Assembly: GCA_040003345.1 (NCBI GenBank)
Contig: JBDUCR010000035.1
Coordinates: 2,244-66,243 of the forward strand
From: a bacterium
Lineage (GTDB): Bacteria; Gemmatimonadota; Gemmatimonadetes; Gemmatimonadales; Gemmatimonadaceae
Direction of reading: 5' to 3'
Length of the DNA stretch: 64,000 bases
Position numbers and translations under genes: made by a program. The notes under the pieces were generated by a model. That model ran no database searches. It was not told the DNA's origin and saw only the letters and a program-made list of their open reading frames with translations. Position 1 is the stretch's first letter. Each line of letters begins with the position of its first letter. Shown piece after piece: positions 45,659 to 55,294 of the stretch.

Positions 45659-46624
45659 TCATGCCCGAGGGTGTGCCTTTTGATAAACCTGCTTCAGCCG
45701 CTCCACGCTCGTGTGCGTATAGATCTGGGTCGTCGAGATGGACGCATGGCCCAGCAGCTCCTGCACGGCGCGAAGATCGGCGCCGTTATCGAGCAGATGC
45801 GTGGCGAAGGTGTGGCGAAGTGAGTGGACGCTGAGACCGGCATCCTCATCGATCTCCGACAGGAAAGCGGACACTACTTTTTGTACCATTCTCGCCCCGA
45901 TGCGTTTGCCCGTGCGCGCGAGGAAGTAGGCCGATCGCTGTCCTGCCGAGCCAACACCTCGCAGCAGCTCATCGCGCTTCGACTCGTAATTTCTGAGCGC
46001 GAGTGATGCGTGGTCGCCGACCGGGACGATGCGCTCTTTGCGTCCCTTGCCGCGAACCTTGGCCTGCTGGCTCACGAGATCGACGTCGCCGGGATTGAGC
46101 CCCTGCAGCTCCGACAGGCGGATGCCGGTGGAGTAAAAGAGCTCGAGAATCGCGAGATTGCGCACATCCGTGAAGTTGCCTTCCATTGCGCGAAACTCGG
46201 CCATCTGGAACAGCAGCTCGATTTGCGCGCGATCGAGGTAGCTCGGCAGATACTTGTCCAGCTTCGGCGCACCGACAGCACGCGCCGGATTCGCCTCGAC
46301 CATCTCGTTGCGGTGCATCCAGCGATAGAAGCTTCGGACGCCCGAGAGCGTGCGCGCCATTGTCCGCTTGCCCACGCCGCGACGCGCGAGATGCGCGAGG
46401 AAGCCGCGCATCGCCAGTCGGTCCACGCCTTCCCAGCTCCACGCTGAAATACCGTAGTAGCCGCCGAGGAACGACACAAACTCGTGGAGATCGCGCTCAT
46501 ACGCCTTCACCGTATTCGGCGAGACGTCGCGCTCCTTTGTCAGGTGACGCAGATACTCATCGACGTCGGGCGGAGTCGCGGCAGCCCGTGCTTCCGCCGC
46601 TGCGTTGTCCGCCTTGCGTGGCAT
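45659..46624 (-). CDS. xerC: tyrosine recombinase XerC/XerD family
   Basis: Start at the ATG at 46624 (MPRKADN). N-terminal SAM-like domain (SPNTVKAYERDL). Catalytic region GIRLSEL, HSLRHTFATHLL and GHASISTTQIYTH. Confidence 0.9.
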   Translation of the reverse strand: MPRKADNAAAEARAAATPPDVDEYLRHLTKERDVSPNTVKAYERDLHEFVSFLGGYYGISAWSWEGVDRLAMRGFLAHLARRGVGKRTMARTLSGVRSFYRWMHRNEMVEANPARAVGAPKLDKYLPSYLDRAQIELLFQMAEFRAMEGNFTDVRNLAILELFYSTGIRLSELQGLNPGDVDLVSQQAKVRGKGRKERIVPVGDHASLALRNYESKRDELLRGVGSAGQRSAYFLARTGKRIGARMVQKVVSAFLSEIDEDAGLSVHSLRHTFATHLLDNGADLRAVQELLGHASISTTQIYTHTSVERLKQVYQKAHPRA

Positions 46625-46629
46625 GTGCG

Positions 46630-47988
46630 CTATGCGCCCGCGCTCGTTGCAACGAGCGCGTCGTCGCGCCACTTCGCCATGTGCTCGAGCGCGCGCTGTG
46701 CCAGCTGCTCCTTCTTCGCACGTTTGTCCTTCACCCGCTTGCCCAGATCGTCGACCAATCCGAAGTTCGCGTTCATCGGCTGGAAGTGACGCGGATCCGC
46801 TTCGCGCAGATATCGGTAGAGGGCGCCGAGCATCGTCGTCGTTGGCGGTACCACGGGTTCTTCGCCGGCGAGGAGTCGCGAGAGATTGATGCCCGCGAGC
46901 AGCCCGGTTGCCGTGCTCTCGGTGTAGCCTTCGACGCCAGTGAGTTGGCCGGCGAACAGCGTCGTCGGATCGTCACGCAGCGAGAGATGCGCCGTGAGCG
47001 CAGCCGGCGCGTTCAAGTACGAGTTGCGGTGAATTGAACCGAAGCGGAGAAACTCCGCGTTCTCGAGCCCGGGAATCAAGCGAAAGACACGCTGCTGCTC
47101 CGGATAGCGGAGTCGCGTCTGGAAGCCGACGAGATTCCACATGCGACCGCCGCGATCCTCCATGCGGAGCTGCACAATGGCGTACGCCTCGCGGCCTGTG
47201 CGCGGATCGGTGAGACCAACCGGCTTCATGGGCCCGAAGCGCAGCGACTCACGCCCGCGTCGTGCCATTTCTTCGGCCGGCATGCATCCTTCGAAGTACG
47301 GCACGGCGTCGAACTCGTGCGCCGTCGCGAGATCCGCCTGTGTGAGCGCGTCGAGAAAGCTTTCGTACTGCTCGCGCGTCATCGGACAGTTGAGATACGC
47401 GCCATCGCCCTCGCCTTCCATCGTCTCCTTGCCGTAGCGTGACGCGCGAAAGACGACGTCGTGATCGATCGAATCGTAGTCGATGATCGGCGCGATGGCG
47501 TCGTAAAACGCGAGTGACTCCACGCCGAGCCGCGCACGAATTGCGGCGGCGAGAGCATCAGAGGTCAATGGCCCGGTTGCAACGATGCCAGGCGACGGAA
47601 GCGTCGAAACCTCTTCGCGCACCACTGCAATACGGTGATGAGCCAGGACTCGCGCATTCACGGCCGCCGAAAAGACATCGCGATCGACGGTGAGCGCGCT
47701 ACCGCCCGGAACGCGCGCCTCGTCGGCACACTCCAGAATCATGCAGCCGAGGAGACGCATTTCGGCTTTGAGGAGGCCGTGCGCGTTCGTCGTTTCTGTG
47801 CTCTTGAACGTGTTGGAGCACACGAGCTCGGCGAGACGCTCGGTCTTGTGAGCCTCGGTACCGCGCACGGGACGCATCTCGTGCAGCACGACCTCGTGCC
47901 CGCGCTCGGCGAGCTGCCACGCGGCCTCGCTGCCGGCGAGTCCGCCACCGACGATCTGGATGGGACGCTGAGAGGATGGTACACGCAT
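46630..47988 (-). CDS. trmFO: methylenetetrahydrofolate-tRNA-(uracil-5)-methyltransferase TrmFO (Gid)
   Basis: FAD motif IQIVGGGLAGSEAAWQLAERG, plus CSNTFKS and GQLTGVEGYTES. Start taken at the ATG at 47988 (MRVPSS). Confidence 0.9.
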   Translation of the reverse strand: MRVPSSQRPIQIVGGGLAGSEAAWQLAERGHEVVLHEMRPVRGTEAHKTERLAELVCSNTFKSTETTNAHGLLKAEMRLLGCMILECADEARVPGGSALTVDRDVFSAAVNARVLAHHRIAVVREEVSTLPSPGIVATGPLTSDALAAAIRARLGVESLAFYDAIAPIIDYDSIDHDVVFRASRYGKETMEGEGDGAYLNCPMTREQYESFLDALTQADLATAHEFDAVPYFEGCMPAEEMARRGRESLRFGPMKPVGLTDPRTGREAYAIVQLRMEDRGGRMWNLVGFQTRLRYPEQQRVFRLIPGLENAEFLRFGSIHRNSYLNAPAALTAHLSLRDDPTTLFAGQLTGVEGYTESTATGLLAGINLSRLLAGEEPVVPPTTTMLGALYRYLREADPRHFQPMNANFGLVDDLGKRVKDKRAKKEQLAQRALEHMAKWRDDALVATSAGA

Positions 47989-48050
47989 CGTGGAAACATA
48001 CACGCTGAGAGCGCATGGCAGGCGGAGCCATGTACGGCAAATGATGACGT

Positions 48051-49193
48051 GTGCCGATGCTCAGAAGCATGACTTTGCGACACCGGACCAGTGTCCTGAC
48101 TCGTGCGAGCTTGCTTGCCGCGTGCGTGGCCCTCGGTGCGTGCAGCGACCGCAGCTCGCCATATCACATCGGCATCGTGCTCGACGAGGATGGAATGCGG
48201 GGCGCACGGCAGGCGTCGGAACGAGTCAATATCAACGGCGGCATCAACGGACACCTGATTGTGCTCGTCAACGCCGCTGGTGCGGGAAGCACAAAGGCGC
48301 GTGTTGCGCTCGAAACCGCGGAGCGTGTCGCCTCCGACCCGACGATTCTTGCCGTTGTTGGACATACCAACAGCAGTGCGAGTCTTGCCGCATCACAGGT
48401 GTATAACGCCCGACATCTGGTGCAGATCGCGCCAACGAGCTCCTCGCCGCTCTACACCAACGCTGGGCCGTACAGCTTCCGTCTCGTCGGCAGCGATGTG
48501 CATCAGGGAGTGTTTCTCGCAACGCAGGTACTGGAGCGCTCTCCGCGCCCTCGTACTGCGGTCCTTTTCGTCAACGACGACTATGGCCGTCCGCTGCGCG
48601 GCGTGCTCGTCGCGCGGCTGCATGCGGCGGGGCTCGATCCGGTGTACGACTCACCGTATTCGGACATTTCAGACAACGCCGAGGTGGTGACGGCGATGGC
48701 GCGCACACACCCGGACATGTTGATCTGGATCGGACGCGCTTATGACTACGGGCCGATCAAGAGAAAGATCGATAGGGCGCTGCCACAGCTCGTGGTCCTG
48801 GCGAGCGATGGCTTTTCGGGCGGAGACGCGGCCAACGACACGCTGCACTTCTTCGACGGCATCAGCTATGTGAGGCTCGTCGACGTGGGTCGCGTCGACT
48901 CGAGCTGGACGCAGATGCGCGCCAAGTATGCGCGCGAGAAGTGGGGAGTCCCTACCGATCAGGCCGTTCTCTCGTATGACGCGGTGATGCTGCTCGCGGA
49001 AGCAATTCGACATGCGGGTCCGAACCGCGAAGCGATTCGCGACTGGCTGTCGCATGTTGGACGTGACGCGCCTGCGTTCGAGGGAATGAGTGGGACGATC
49101 GCGTTTCCATCCGGCGGCGACCGTCGGCCCCAGTATTTCATCAATACACTCGGCGGTGCCGTTCCGAAGACGACGATCGCGGGGATGAAATGA
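48051..49193 (+). CDS. LivK-like (type I periplasmic binding fold) solute-binding lipoprotein, copy 1
   Basis: Lipobox LAACVALGAC. Motifs YHIGIVLDEDG, INGGINGH, LAVVGHTNSSASLAASQVYN and GPYSFRL. The start could be the ATG at 48057 or 48069. Confidence 0.8.
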   Translation: MPMLRSMTLRHRTSVLTRASLLAACVALGACSDRSSPYHIGIVLDEDGMRGARQASERVNINGGINGHLIVLVNAAGAGSTKARVALETAERVASDPTILAVVGHTNSSASLAASQVYNARHLVQIAPTSSSPLYTNAGPYSFRLVGSDVHQGVFLATQVLERSPRPRTAVLFVNDDYGRPLRGVLVARLHAAGLDPVYDSPYSDISDNAEVVTAMARTHPDMLIWIGRAYDYGPIKRKIDRALPQLVVLASDGFSGGDAANDTLHFFDGISYVRLVDVGRVDSSWTQMRAKYAREKWGVPTDQAVLSYDAVMLLAEAIRHAGPNREAIRDWLSHVGRDAPAFEGMSGTIAFPSGGDRRPQYFINTLGGAVPKTTIAGMK

Positions 49194-50335
49194 TGCGGAG
49201 TCGCCGGTCCGCGGCGGTGTTGTTCCTGACGACGCTTGCCTTGGCGAGTTGTCGGCGAGACGCGCCGTATCGCATCGGCGTTGCGGTCGACGAAGACGGG
49301 ATCCGCGGCGCCGATCTTGCCGCAGCACAGGTCAACGCGGCCGGTGGCATCAACGGACACATGCTCGAGCTGCGTTCGGAGCGCCGTACATCGAGCACCT
49401 CCGCGCAGATCGCGCTCGCGTCGGCGGAACGGCTGGCGAGCGATCCGTCGATTCTTGCGGTGGTGGGGCACACGAACAGCAGCGCGAGCCTTGCCGCATC
49501 GCAGGTCTACAATTCACGCCATATCGTGCAGATCGCTCCGACCAGCACGGCGCCGCTCTACACGAAGGCCGGACCGTACAGCTTCCGTCTTGTTGCGAGT
49601 GACGTTCATCAGGGCGTCTTTCTCGCCAACGTAGTGAAGGCATTGAGCCCGCATCCGAAGATGGCCATCGTATTCGTGAACGATGACTACGGCCGCGCGT
49701 TGCGAAAAGTGTTCGTCGAGCAGTTGCACCTGGCTGGAGTCACGCCGATGTATGAGGCACCGTACGCGGAAGGCGATGACATGACCGACCTGCGGGAGAT
49801 CGTCGCGTCGCTCACCTCGTCGCGCCCCGATCTTCTCGTGTGGATCGGTCGCGCGCGCGAGTTCAGCCTGATCGCCGCCGAGATCCATCGCGCCCTGCCG
49901 ACGCTCCGTGTCCTTGCCAGCGACGGCTTCAGTGGTATCACCACCTCTCGCGATTCTGCGCGCGTTCTCGATGGCATCCGCTGCGTATCGCTCCTGGACT
50001 TCGAGCGACCGGATTCGGCACTGCGCAACTTCCGTATCGAGTACGAGGCGAAGGCGGGAATCGGAGAAGTGACCGATGCCTCAGTGCTGTCGCACGATGC
50101 CGTGATTCTGCTCGCGGAGGCACTGCGGGCCGTGGGTCCGAATCGCACCGCTATCCGCGATTGGCTGGCACAAGTTGGTCGAGAACGACCAGCGTTTGCG
50201 GGCCTGAGCGGGCGAGTTGCCTTCAACGCCGACGGCGACCGCGAGCCGCAGTACTACCTCCGGGTCATTGGCGCGCGCAGGCCCGGTGGCGTCAGGACCG
50301 TTGCCACCACATGGGCGGCGTGGGGACGGTACTAG
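49190..50335 (+). CDS. LivK-like solute-binding lipoprotein, copy 2 (tandem paralogue)
   Basis: ATGA overlap with copy 1. Lipobox LALASC. Long identical blocks shared with copy 1 (LAVVGHTNSSASLAASQVYN, GPYSFRL, SDVHQGVFLA). Confidence 0.8.
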   Translation: MMRSRRSAAVLFLTTLALASCRRDAPYRIGVAVDEDGIRGADLAAAQVNAAGGINGHMLELRSERRTSSTSAQIALASAERLASDPSILAVVGHTNSSASLAASQVYNSRHIVQIAPTSTAPLYTKAGPYSFRLVASDVHQGVFLANVVKALSPHPKMAIVFVNDDYGRALRKVFVEQLHLAGVTPMYEAPYAEGDDMTDLREIVASLTSSRPDLLVWIGRAREFSLIAAEIHRALPTLRVLASDGFSGITTSRDSARVLDGIRCVSLLDFERPDSALRNFRIEYEAKAGIGEVTDASVLSHDAVILLAEALRAVGPNRTAIRDWLAQVGRERPAFAGLSGRVAFNADGDREPQYYLRVIGARRPGGVRTVATTWAAWGRY

Positions 50336-52365
50336 TGCGCGTCAGGCGATCGCGTGGGACCCTTCGCCGCGCGCTGCTGTTCAGCGGATTGCTGGTCGTT
50401 CTCGCTGCCGGCGCAGCGATGCTTGGCTCTGTGTCGCTCGCAATGTCGCAGCGCGACGCCGTCGAGCGTGACAGCGACGCCTTCATGGACGAACAGCGAA
50501 TCGCCGACCAGATCGTCGCGCTCACCTACGAGCAACAGCTCGACGCGTACCGCTTCCTGCAGCGCGCCGACACTCTCTATCTGAACGGCTTCAACGCTCG
50601 AGGCGAAGAGGCGTATCGCGAGATGCGCGGTTATCTCTTTCACGAGTTGTCCACCGATGCGCGGCTGCAGGTGGAAAGCATCAAGGAAGCGCATCAGCAG
50701 TTCGAAGTCGCTGCCGAACGCGCGTTCGATCTTGCACAGCGCGGCCAGTCCGCCGCTGCGCTTCTGCGACTCGAAGGCATGGATCGAAGAGCCGCCGTGC
50801 TGGACGCCGCGGTCAGGCAGTTTCTGCAAGCGCGCGCACAGCAGCGCGACGCGTTCCGCCACGAGCACGAGCTTCTCGCGCAGCGTCTTCAGCTCGCGCT
50901 GATGGTCGGCGCGGGCGCACTCGTACTGCTCGCGGTGATTCTCGCCACGGTTCTGCGACGCAGAGTGCTCGTGCCGCTCGATCATCTCGCGACTGCCGCG
51001 CGTCTGCTCGGCGAAGGTGACACCAGTGCTCGCGTGCCGCAGCAGACGTATGAAGAATTCGATCTGATGGCGACCGGTTTCAATCAGATGGTCGACCGCG
51101 TGCAGGCTTCGCGCGAGGAAGTCGTCGCGCAGAATCACGAATTGCGCGCGGCGCTCTCACATCTGCGCACAACGCAGGAGGAGCTCGTGCAGCACGAGAA
51201 GCTGAGCGCGATGGGGCAGATGCTCGCCGGCCTCGCGCACGAGCTCAACAATCCACTTGGCGGTATCCTCGGCATGGCAGAACATCTTCGTATCGAACTG
51301 GCAGAATCACCGCACGCAGCCGTGCGCGAGATCGGCACCGAGCTCGCGCAACCACTCGAGCGTGAAGCGCTTCGCGCGAACGCGCTCGTGCGCAGCCTCC
51401 TCAGCTTTGCGCGCAAGCCCTCGGGCACGCTGGAGTCGGTGGGGCTCGCAGCCGCCGTGAGCACAGCAGTGGGATTGCGCGCACATGCGTTCGCGCTCGC
51501 GGGCAAGACGTTGTACGTCAATGTGTCGCCGGAGCTCCACGTCCTCGTGGATGGACAGAAGCTGCAGCATGCACTGGTCAATCTCATCAACAATGCACTC
51601 GATGCCGTGCTCATCTCGGGCGGTGACGGACTGACGATCACCGCGGCCGCAGAAGGTACCGACCTCGTTCGCCTCGATCTCGACGACGATGGCTGCGGCT
51701 TCGCCGACGTCACGGCGGCATTCACGCCATTCTACACCACGAAGGCGGCCGACAAGGGCACGGGGCTCGGTCTGGTGCTCGTCCAGCGCTTTCTCAAGGA
51801 ATTCAACGGCACCGTCACCGTCGAGAACCGCGAACGCGCTGGTGCGCGAGTCACACTCCGTCTGCGTCGTGCGAGCGATACTTCGGATGCGATTGCCTTC
51901 ACACCCCCTCCACAGACGGAGGCGGCAGTCCGTGTCGCGCACCCGACGAATGTCTCACCGCCGACGGCCGACGTCCCTCGCCAACGTGTGCTCGTCGTCG
52001 ACGACGAACCGTCGATTCGAGAAGTGCAGCGACGCCTGCTCGTCCGCGCCGGCTACGAGGTCGTCGTCGCCGCATCAGGCAGCGACGCACGACAGATCCT
52101 GGAGAGCCAGTCGGTCGACCTCGTGATATCCGACCTGCGTATGCCGGGCGAGATGGACGGCTATGACCTGCTCAAGTGGATGGAGGTCGAGCGGCCCGAG
52201 CTCGCGCGACACGCGCTGCTCGCGACGGGTGACGTGAGCGGTGCGGCATCGGTTGCGTTTCCCGTTCCCCCCGAGCGGATTCTCAACAAGCCGTTCGAGG
52301 GTGCGGAGTTCGTGCGGCGCGTTCGCGCCGCACTCGATCAGGTTGCGTTGGAAGCCGCGATCTGA
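50311..52365 (+). CDS. hybrid sensor histidine kinase (2 TM, HAMP, HisKA, HATPase_c, C-terminal receiver)
   Basis: Start at the ATG at 50311, or the GTG at 50335 overlapping the upstream stop. H-box LAGLAHELNNPLGGI, N-box LINNALDAV, G-box KGTGLGL. Receiver RVLVVDDEPSIREV...DLVISDLRMPGEMDG...NKPF. Confidence 0.85.
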   Translation: MGGVGTVLVRVRRSRGTLRRALLFSGLLVVLAAGAAMLGSVSLAMSQRDAVERDSDAFMDEQRIADQIVALTYEQQLDAYRFLQRADTLYLNGFNARGEEAYREMRGYLFHELSTDARLQVESIKEAHQQFEVAAERAFDLAQRGQSAAALLRLEGMDRRAAVLDAAVRQFLQARAQQRDAFRHEHELLAQRLQLALMVGAGALVLLAVILATVLRRRVLVPLDHLATAARLLGEGDTSARVPQQTYEEFDLMATGFNQMVDRVQASREEVVAQNHELRAALSHLRTTQEELVQHEKLSAMGQMLAGLAHELNNPLGGILGMAEHLRIELAESPHAAVREIGTELAQPLEREALRANALVRSLLSFARKPSGTLESVGLAAAVSTAVGLRAHAFALAGKTLYVNVSPELHVLVDGQKLQHALVNLINNALDAVLISGGDGLTITAAAEGTDLVRLDLDDDGCGFADVTAAFTPFYTTKAADKGTGLGLVLVQRFLKEFNGTVTVENRERAGARVTLRLRRASDTSDAIAFTPPPQTEAAVRVAHPTNVSPPTADVPRQRVLVVDDEPSIREVQRRLLVRAGYEVVVAASGSDARQILESQSVDLVISDLRMPGEMDGYDLLKWMEVERPELARHALLATGDVSGAASVAFPVPPERILNKPFEGAEFVRRVRAALDQVALEAAI

Positions 52366-52369
52366 GTCG

Positions 52370-54826
52370 TCAGCCCGCTAACACAGCGTCCAGTGGCTCG
52401 GCTGGTTGCGGCACGTCCCACTCATTGCCGCACTTGAGACACTTCCTGAAATCGCCACGCGTCTTGGTGAACTTCATTTCTGCACCAACGTACGCGCATT
52501 CAGGACAGACTTCAGACACCGGCTTGTTCCACGCCACGAAGTCGCACGTCTCGTTCGAGCACGCATAGAACGCAGTGCCACGCTTCTTGGAGCGACGCTC
52601 GACGAGCTCGCCGCCATCCTTCGGACAGAAGACACCCGTTGGCATCGACCGCGTTCCCCGACACTTGGGAAACGTGCTGCACCCGAGAAACTCACCACTC
52701 CGTCCCTGACGAACGACCATCGGTTGCCCGCAGAGATGGCAGGCGATGTCCGTCATCACAGGCTTCGCTTTCTCGCCCTTGAGTGGACGCGTGTACTTGC
52801 ACGTCTTCGGATGATTCTCACAGGCGAGGAATGGTCCGAAGAATCCGCCGCGTGGCTCGAGATGTCCTCCGCAATCGGGACAGCGCTCGTTCACGATCGC
52901 CGAAAGGTCGTGCGCTACCGCGATGAGTGCGCCGAACTGCACGTTCTTGAGGGACTTGTCGAACGGCCCCCAGAAATCCTGCAGCACGTTGCGCCAACCA
53001 AGCTCGCCCTCTTCCACCTTATCGAGCTCGAGCTCCATGCCGGATGTGAAGTCGACGTTGAAGATGTCGGGGAATTGCTTCACCATCACCTTCTCCACCG
53101 TCTCGCCAAGCTCGGTCGGGAAGAAGCGTCGCTGCTCGAGATTCACGTACCGACGATCCGCCAGCACGCTGATGATGCTCGCGTACGTCGACGGACGACC
53201 GATGCCGAGCCGCTCGAGCTCTTTCACGAGACTCGCTTCCGAAAAGCGCGGCGGCGGCTCGGTGAAATGCTGCGACGGTGTGATCGATTGTACGGGCACG
53301 TTCTCGCCAACCTCGACGACAGGCAGCTCGTTCTCGTCTTCCAGCGCCTTCGAGTCGCCCTCCTCGCGCGTCTCGCGGTAGAGCGCGAGAAAGCCCTGGA
53401 ACTTGATGATGCTTCCTGTCGAGCGGAACAGATACGAGCGACGTCCGATCTGCGGCTGCTCCTTCGCCGCGATGTCGAAATCCACAGTAGTCGTATCGAA
53501 CACCGCGGGCGCCATCTGCGATCCCATGAACCGCTGCCAGATGAGCTGATAGAGCTTGTACTGATCGGGACTCAGGTATCTGCGAATGTCGTCGGGACGA
53601 CGCGTCGGATCCGTGGGACGCACGCTCTCGTGTGCGTCCTGCGCGTTCTTCGCCTTGCCACTCTCGTACAGCTGAATCTTGTCGGCAAGAAACTCCTTGC
53701 CGAACAGCGTGCGCAGATATTCACGCGCCGCAGTCGCGGCGCTTTCCGCAACACGCGTAGAGTCGGTACGCATGTACGTGATGAGACCGACCGCGCCTTC
53801 CGGCCCGATGTCGATGCCCTCGTAGAGATCCTGCGCAACACGCATCGTCCGCTTGGAGCCGAACGACAGCTTCTTCGCTGCTTCCTGCTGGAGCGTTGAC
53901 GTCGTGAACGGTGCCGACGGATTCTTCCGACGCTCGCGACGCTTGACCTCAGTGACGCCAAACGTCTTGCGCCCCTCGAGATCGGACAGAATGCGCGTGG
54001 CTTCGCTCTCGTTGTGAATCTCCGCCTTCTTGCCGTCGATCTGATGCAGCTTCGCCGTGAAACGCTGCCCTGCCTTCTCGAGCAACGCTTCGATCGACCA
54101 ATACTCAACCGGATTGAACGCGCGAATCTCGCGCTCGCGCTCGACGATCAGCCGCAGCGCAACGGTCTGCACACGACCAGCGGAGATGCCCTTCTTCACC
54201 GTCTTCCACAGCACGGGACTCGCCTTGTAGCCCACGAGCCGGTCGAGCACGCGGCGCGCCTGCTGCGCCTCGACTTTCTTGTCGTCGATGGCGCCCGCCT
54301 GCGAGATCGCGAGTTGCACGGCGTCCTTCGTGATCTCGTGAAAGAGCACGCGACGCACCGGAATGTTCGACACCCCACGCTTCGGCCGGATCTGCTCGGC
54401 GACATGCCATGCGATGGCTTCGCCTTCGCGATCAGGATCGGTCGCGATGAACACTTCCTTCGAGTTCTTCGCCGCCTGCTTGAGATCAGCGATCGTTTTT
54501 TCCTTGCCCGGAATCGGAACGAGCTCCGGCTCGAAGCCGTGCTCGATGTCGATGCCGAGCTTCTTCTCGGGAAGATCCATGATGTGGCCGACGGTGGCCT
54601 TCACCCGGTACGCGCGACCGAGATACTTGCCGATCGTCTTCGCCTTCGCCGGCGACTCGACGATGACGAGCGACGTCGTTCCCGCCGGCTCATCCGGGTA
54701 CTCCTCCTCTGCAACGGCCGCTTTTTTCGTGCGGCCGCCCGCCACCTTCGTGGCTGTTTTCTTTTTCGCGCTGACGGCCGTCTTCTTCGTCGCAGCACGT
54801 TTGGTTGTCGTCTTCTTTGCCGCCAT
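52370..54826 (-). CDS. topA: DNA topoisomerase I with Lys/Ala/Thr-rich N-terminal tail and four C-terminal Zn-ribbon motifs
   Basis: Start at the ATG at 54826 (MAAKKTTTKRAATKK...). TOPRIM LVIVESPAKAKTIGKYLG, active-site region ITYMRTDS, and C-terminal CPDCGG, CHLCGQ, CPKDGG and CPECA motifs. Confidence 0.95.
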   Translation of the reverse strand: MAAKKTTTKRAATKKTAVSAKKKTATKVAGGRTKKAAVAEEEYPDEPAGTTSLVIVESPAKAKTIGKYLGRAYRVKATVGHIMDLPEKKLGIDIEHGFEPELVPIPGKEKTIADLKQAAKNSKEVFIATDPDREGEAIAWHVAEQIRPKRGVSNIPVRRVLFHEITKDAVQLAISQAGAIDDKKVEAQQARRVLDRLVGYKASPVLWKTVKKGISAGRVQTVALRLIVEREREIRAFNPVEYWSIEALLEKAGQRFTAKLHQIDGKKAEIHNESEATRILSDLEGRKTFGVTEVKRRERRKNPSAPFTTSTLQQEAAKKLSFGSKRTMRVAQDLYEGIDIGPEGAVGLITYMRTDSTRVAESAATAAREYLRTLFGKEFLADKIQLYESGKAKNAQDAHESVRPTDPTRRPDDIRRYLSPDQYKLYQLIWQRFMGSQMAPAVFDTTTVDFDIAAKEQPQIGRRSYLFRSTGSIIKFQGFLALYRETREEGDSKALEDENELPVVEVGENVPVQSITPSQHFTEPPPRFSEASLVKELERLGIGRPSTYASIISVLADRRYVNLEQRRFFPTELGETVEKVMVKQFPDIFNVDFTSGMELELDKVEEGELGWRNVLQDFWGPFDKSLKNVQFGALIAVAHDLSAIVNERCPDCGGHLEPRGGFFGPFLACENHPKTCKYTRPLKGEKAKPVMTDIACHLCGQPMVVRQGRSGEFLGCSTFPKCRGTRSMPTGVFCPKDGGELVERRSKKRGTAFYACSNETCDFVAWNKPVSEVCPECAYVGAEMKFTKTRGDFRKCLKCGNEWDVPQPAEPLDAVLAG

Positions 54827-54830
54827 TTTC

Positions 54831-55067
54831 CTAGTGTACGGTCTGAGTATCCGCCGCGGCGCCGGGATCATCGAATCCGGCTCCTTCCATCATTGCGCGC
54901 AAGTCGTCGAGCGCGATGCGTCCATCGAACTGCAGCATCGCCCGCTCGATCACCTGCTCGAGCTCCGCGGGGTTGAGCGCTCCGGCCCCGGCCAGCGCCA
55001 GCAGATGCCCCCAGGCTTCCGTGGCAAACCGGCCTCGCTCATGTGGCCCTAGAACGCGAATCGTCAT
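54831..55067 (-). CDS. small hypothetical protein immediately upstream of topA
   Basis: 78-aa ORF whose stop lies 5 nt before the topA start. No motif recognised. It occupies the position that smg has in proteobacterial dprA-smg-topA, but this is positional only. Confidence 0.3.
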   Translation of the reverse strand: MTIRVLGPHERGRFATEAWGHLLALAGAGALNPAELEQVIERAMLQFDGRIALDDLRAMMEGAGFDDPGAAADTQTVH

Positions 55068-55294
55068 GTCTCCTCGTGCCTCCGTCGGCGCACGATACAG
55101 TAGTGCCGCGCCGTACGGTCATCGTTGCCACTCGTCTGACACCAGTCCCTCGCCCGCGGATCCGTCCGACGAGACCAAGCCGGTGTACGCTCGAGCCGTC
55201 GCGGGAGTGCGACGAAACAGGACGAGCAGCGATCTGTCGCTCTAAGGTAGTGGTGCCGTCAACCGCGTGGCGAATTTCGACGCGAATTGCCGCC

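Noticed and set aside
45659-46624. The tyrosine recombinase as a marker of an integrated mobile element.
   Set aside because: It sits in the conserved housekeeping trmFO-xerC(codV) context, has the XerC/XerD-type N-terminal domain, and has no flanking phage or plasmid genes, att-like repeats or tRNA. It is best read as the chromosome dimer-resolution recombinase.
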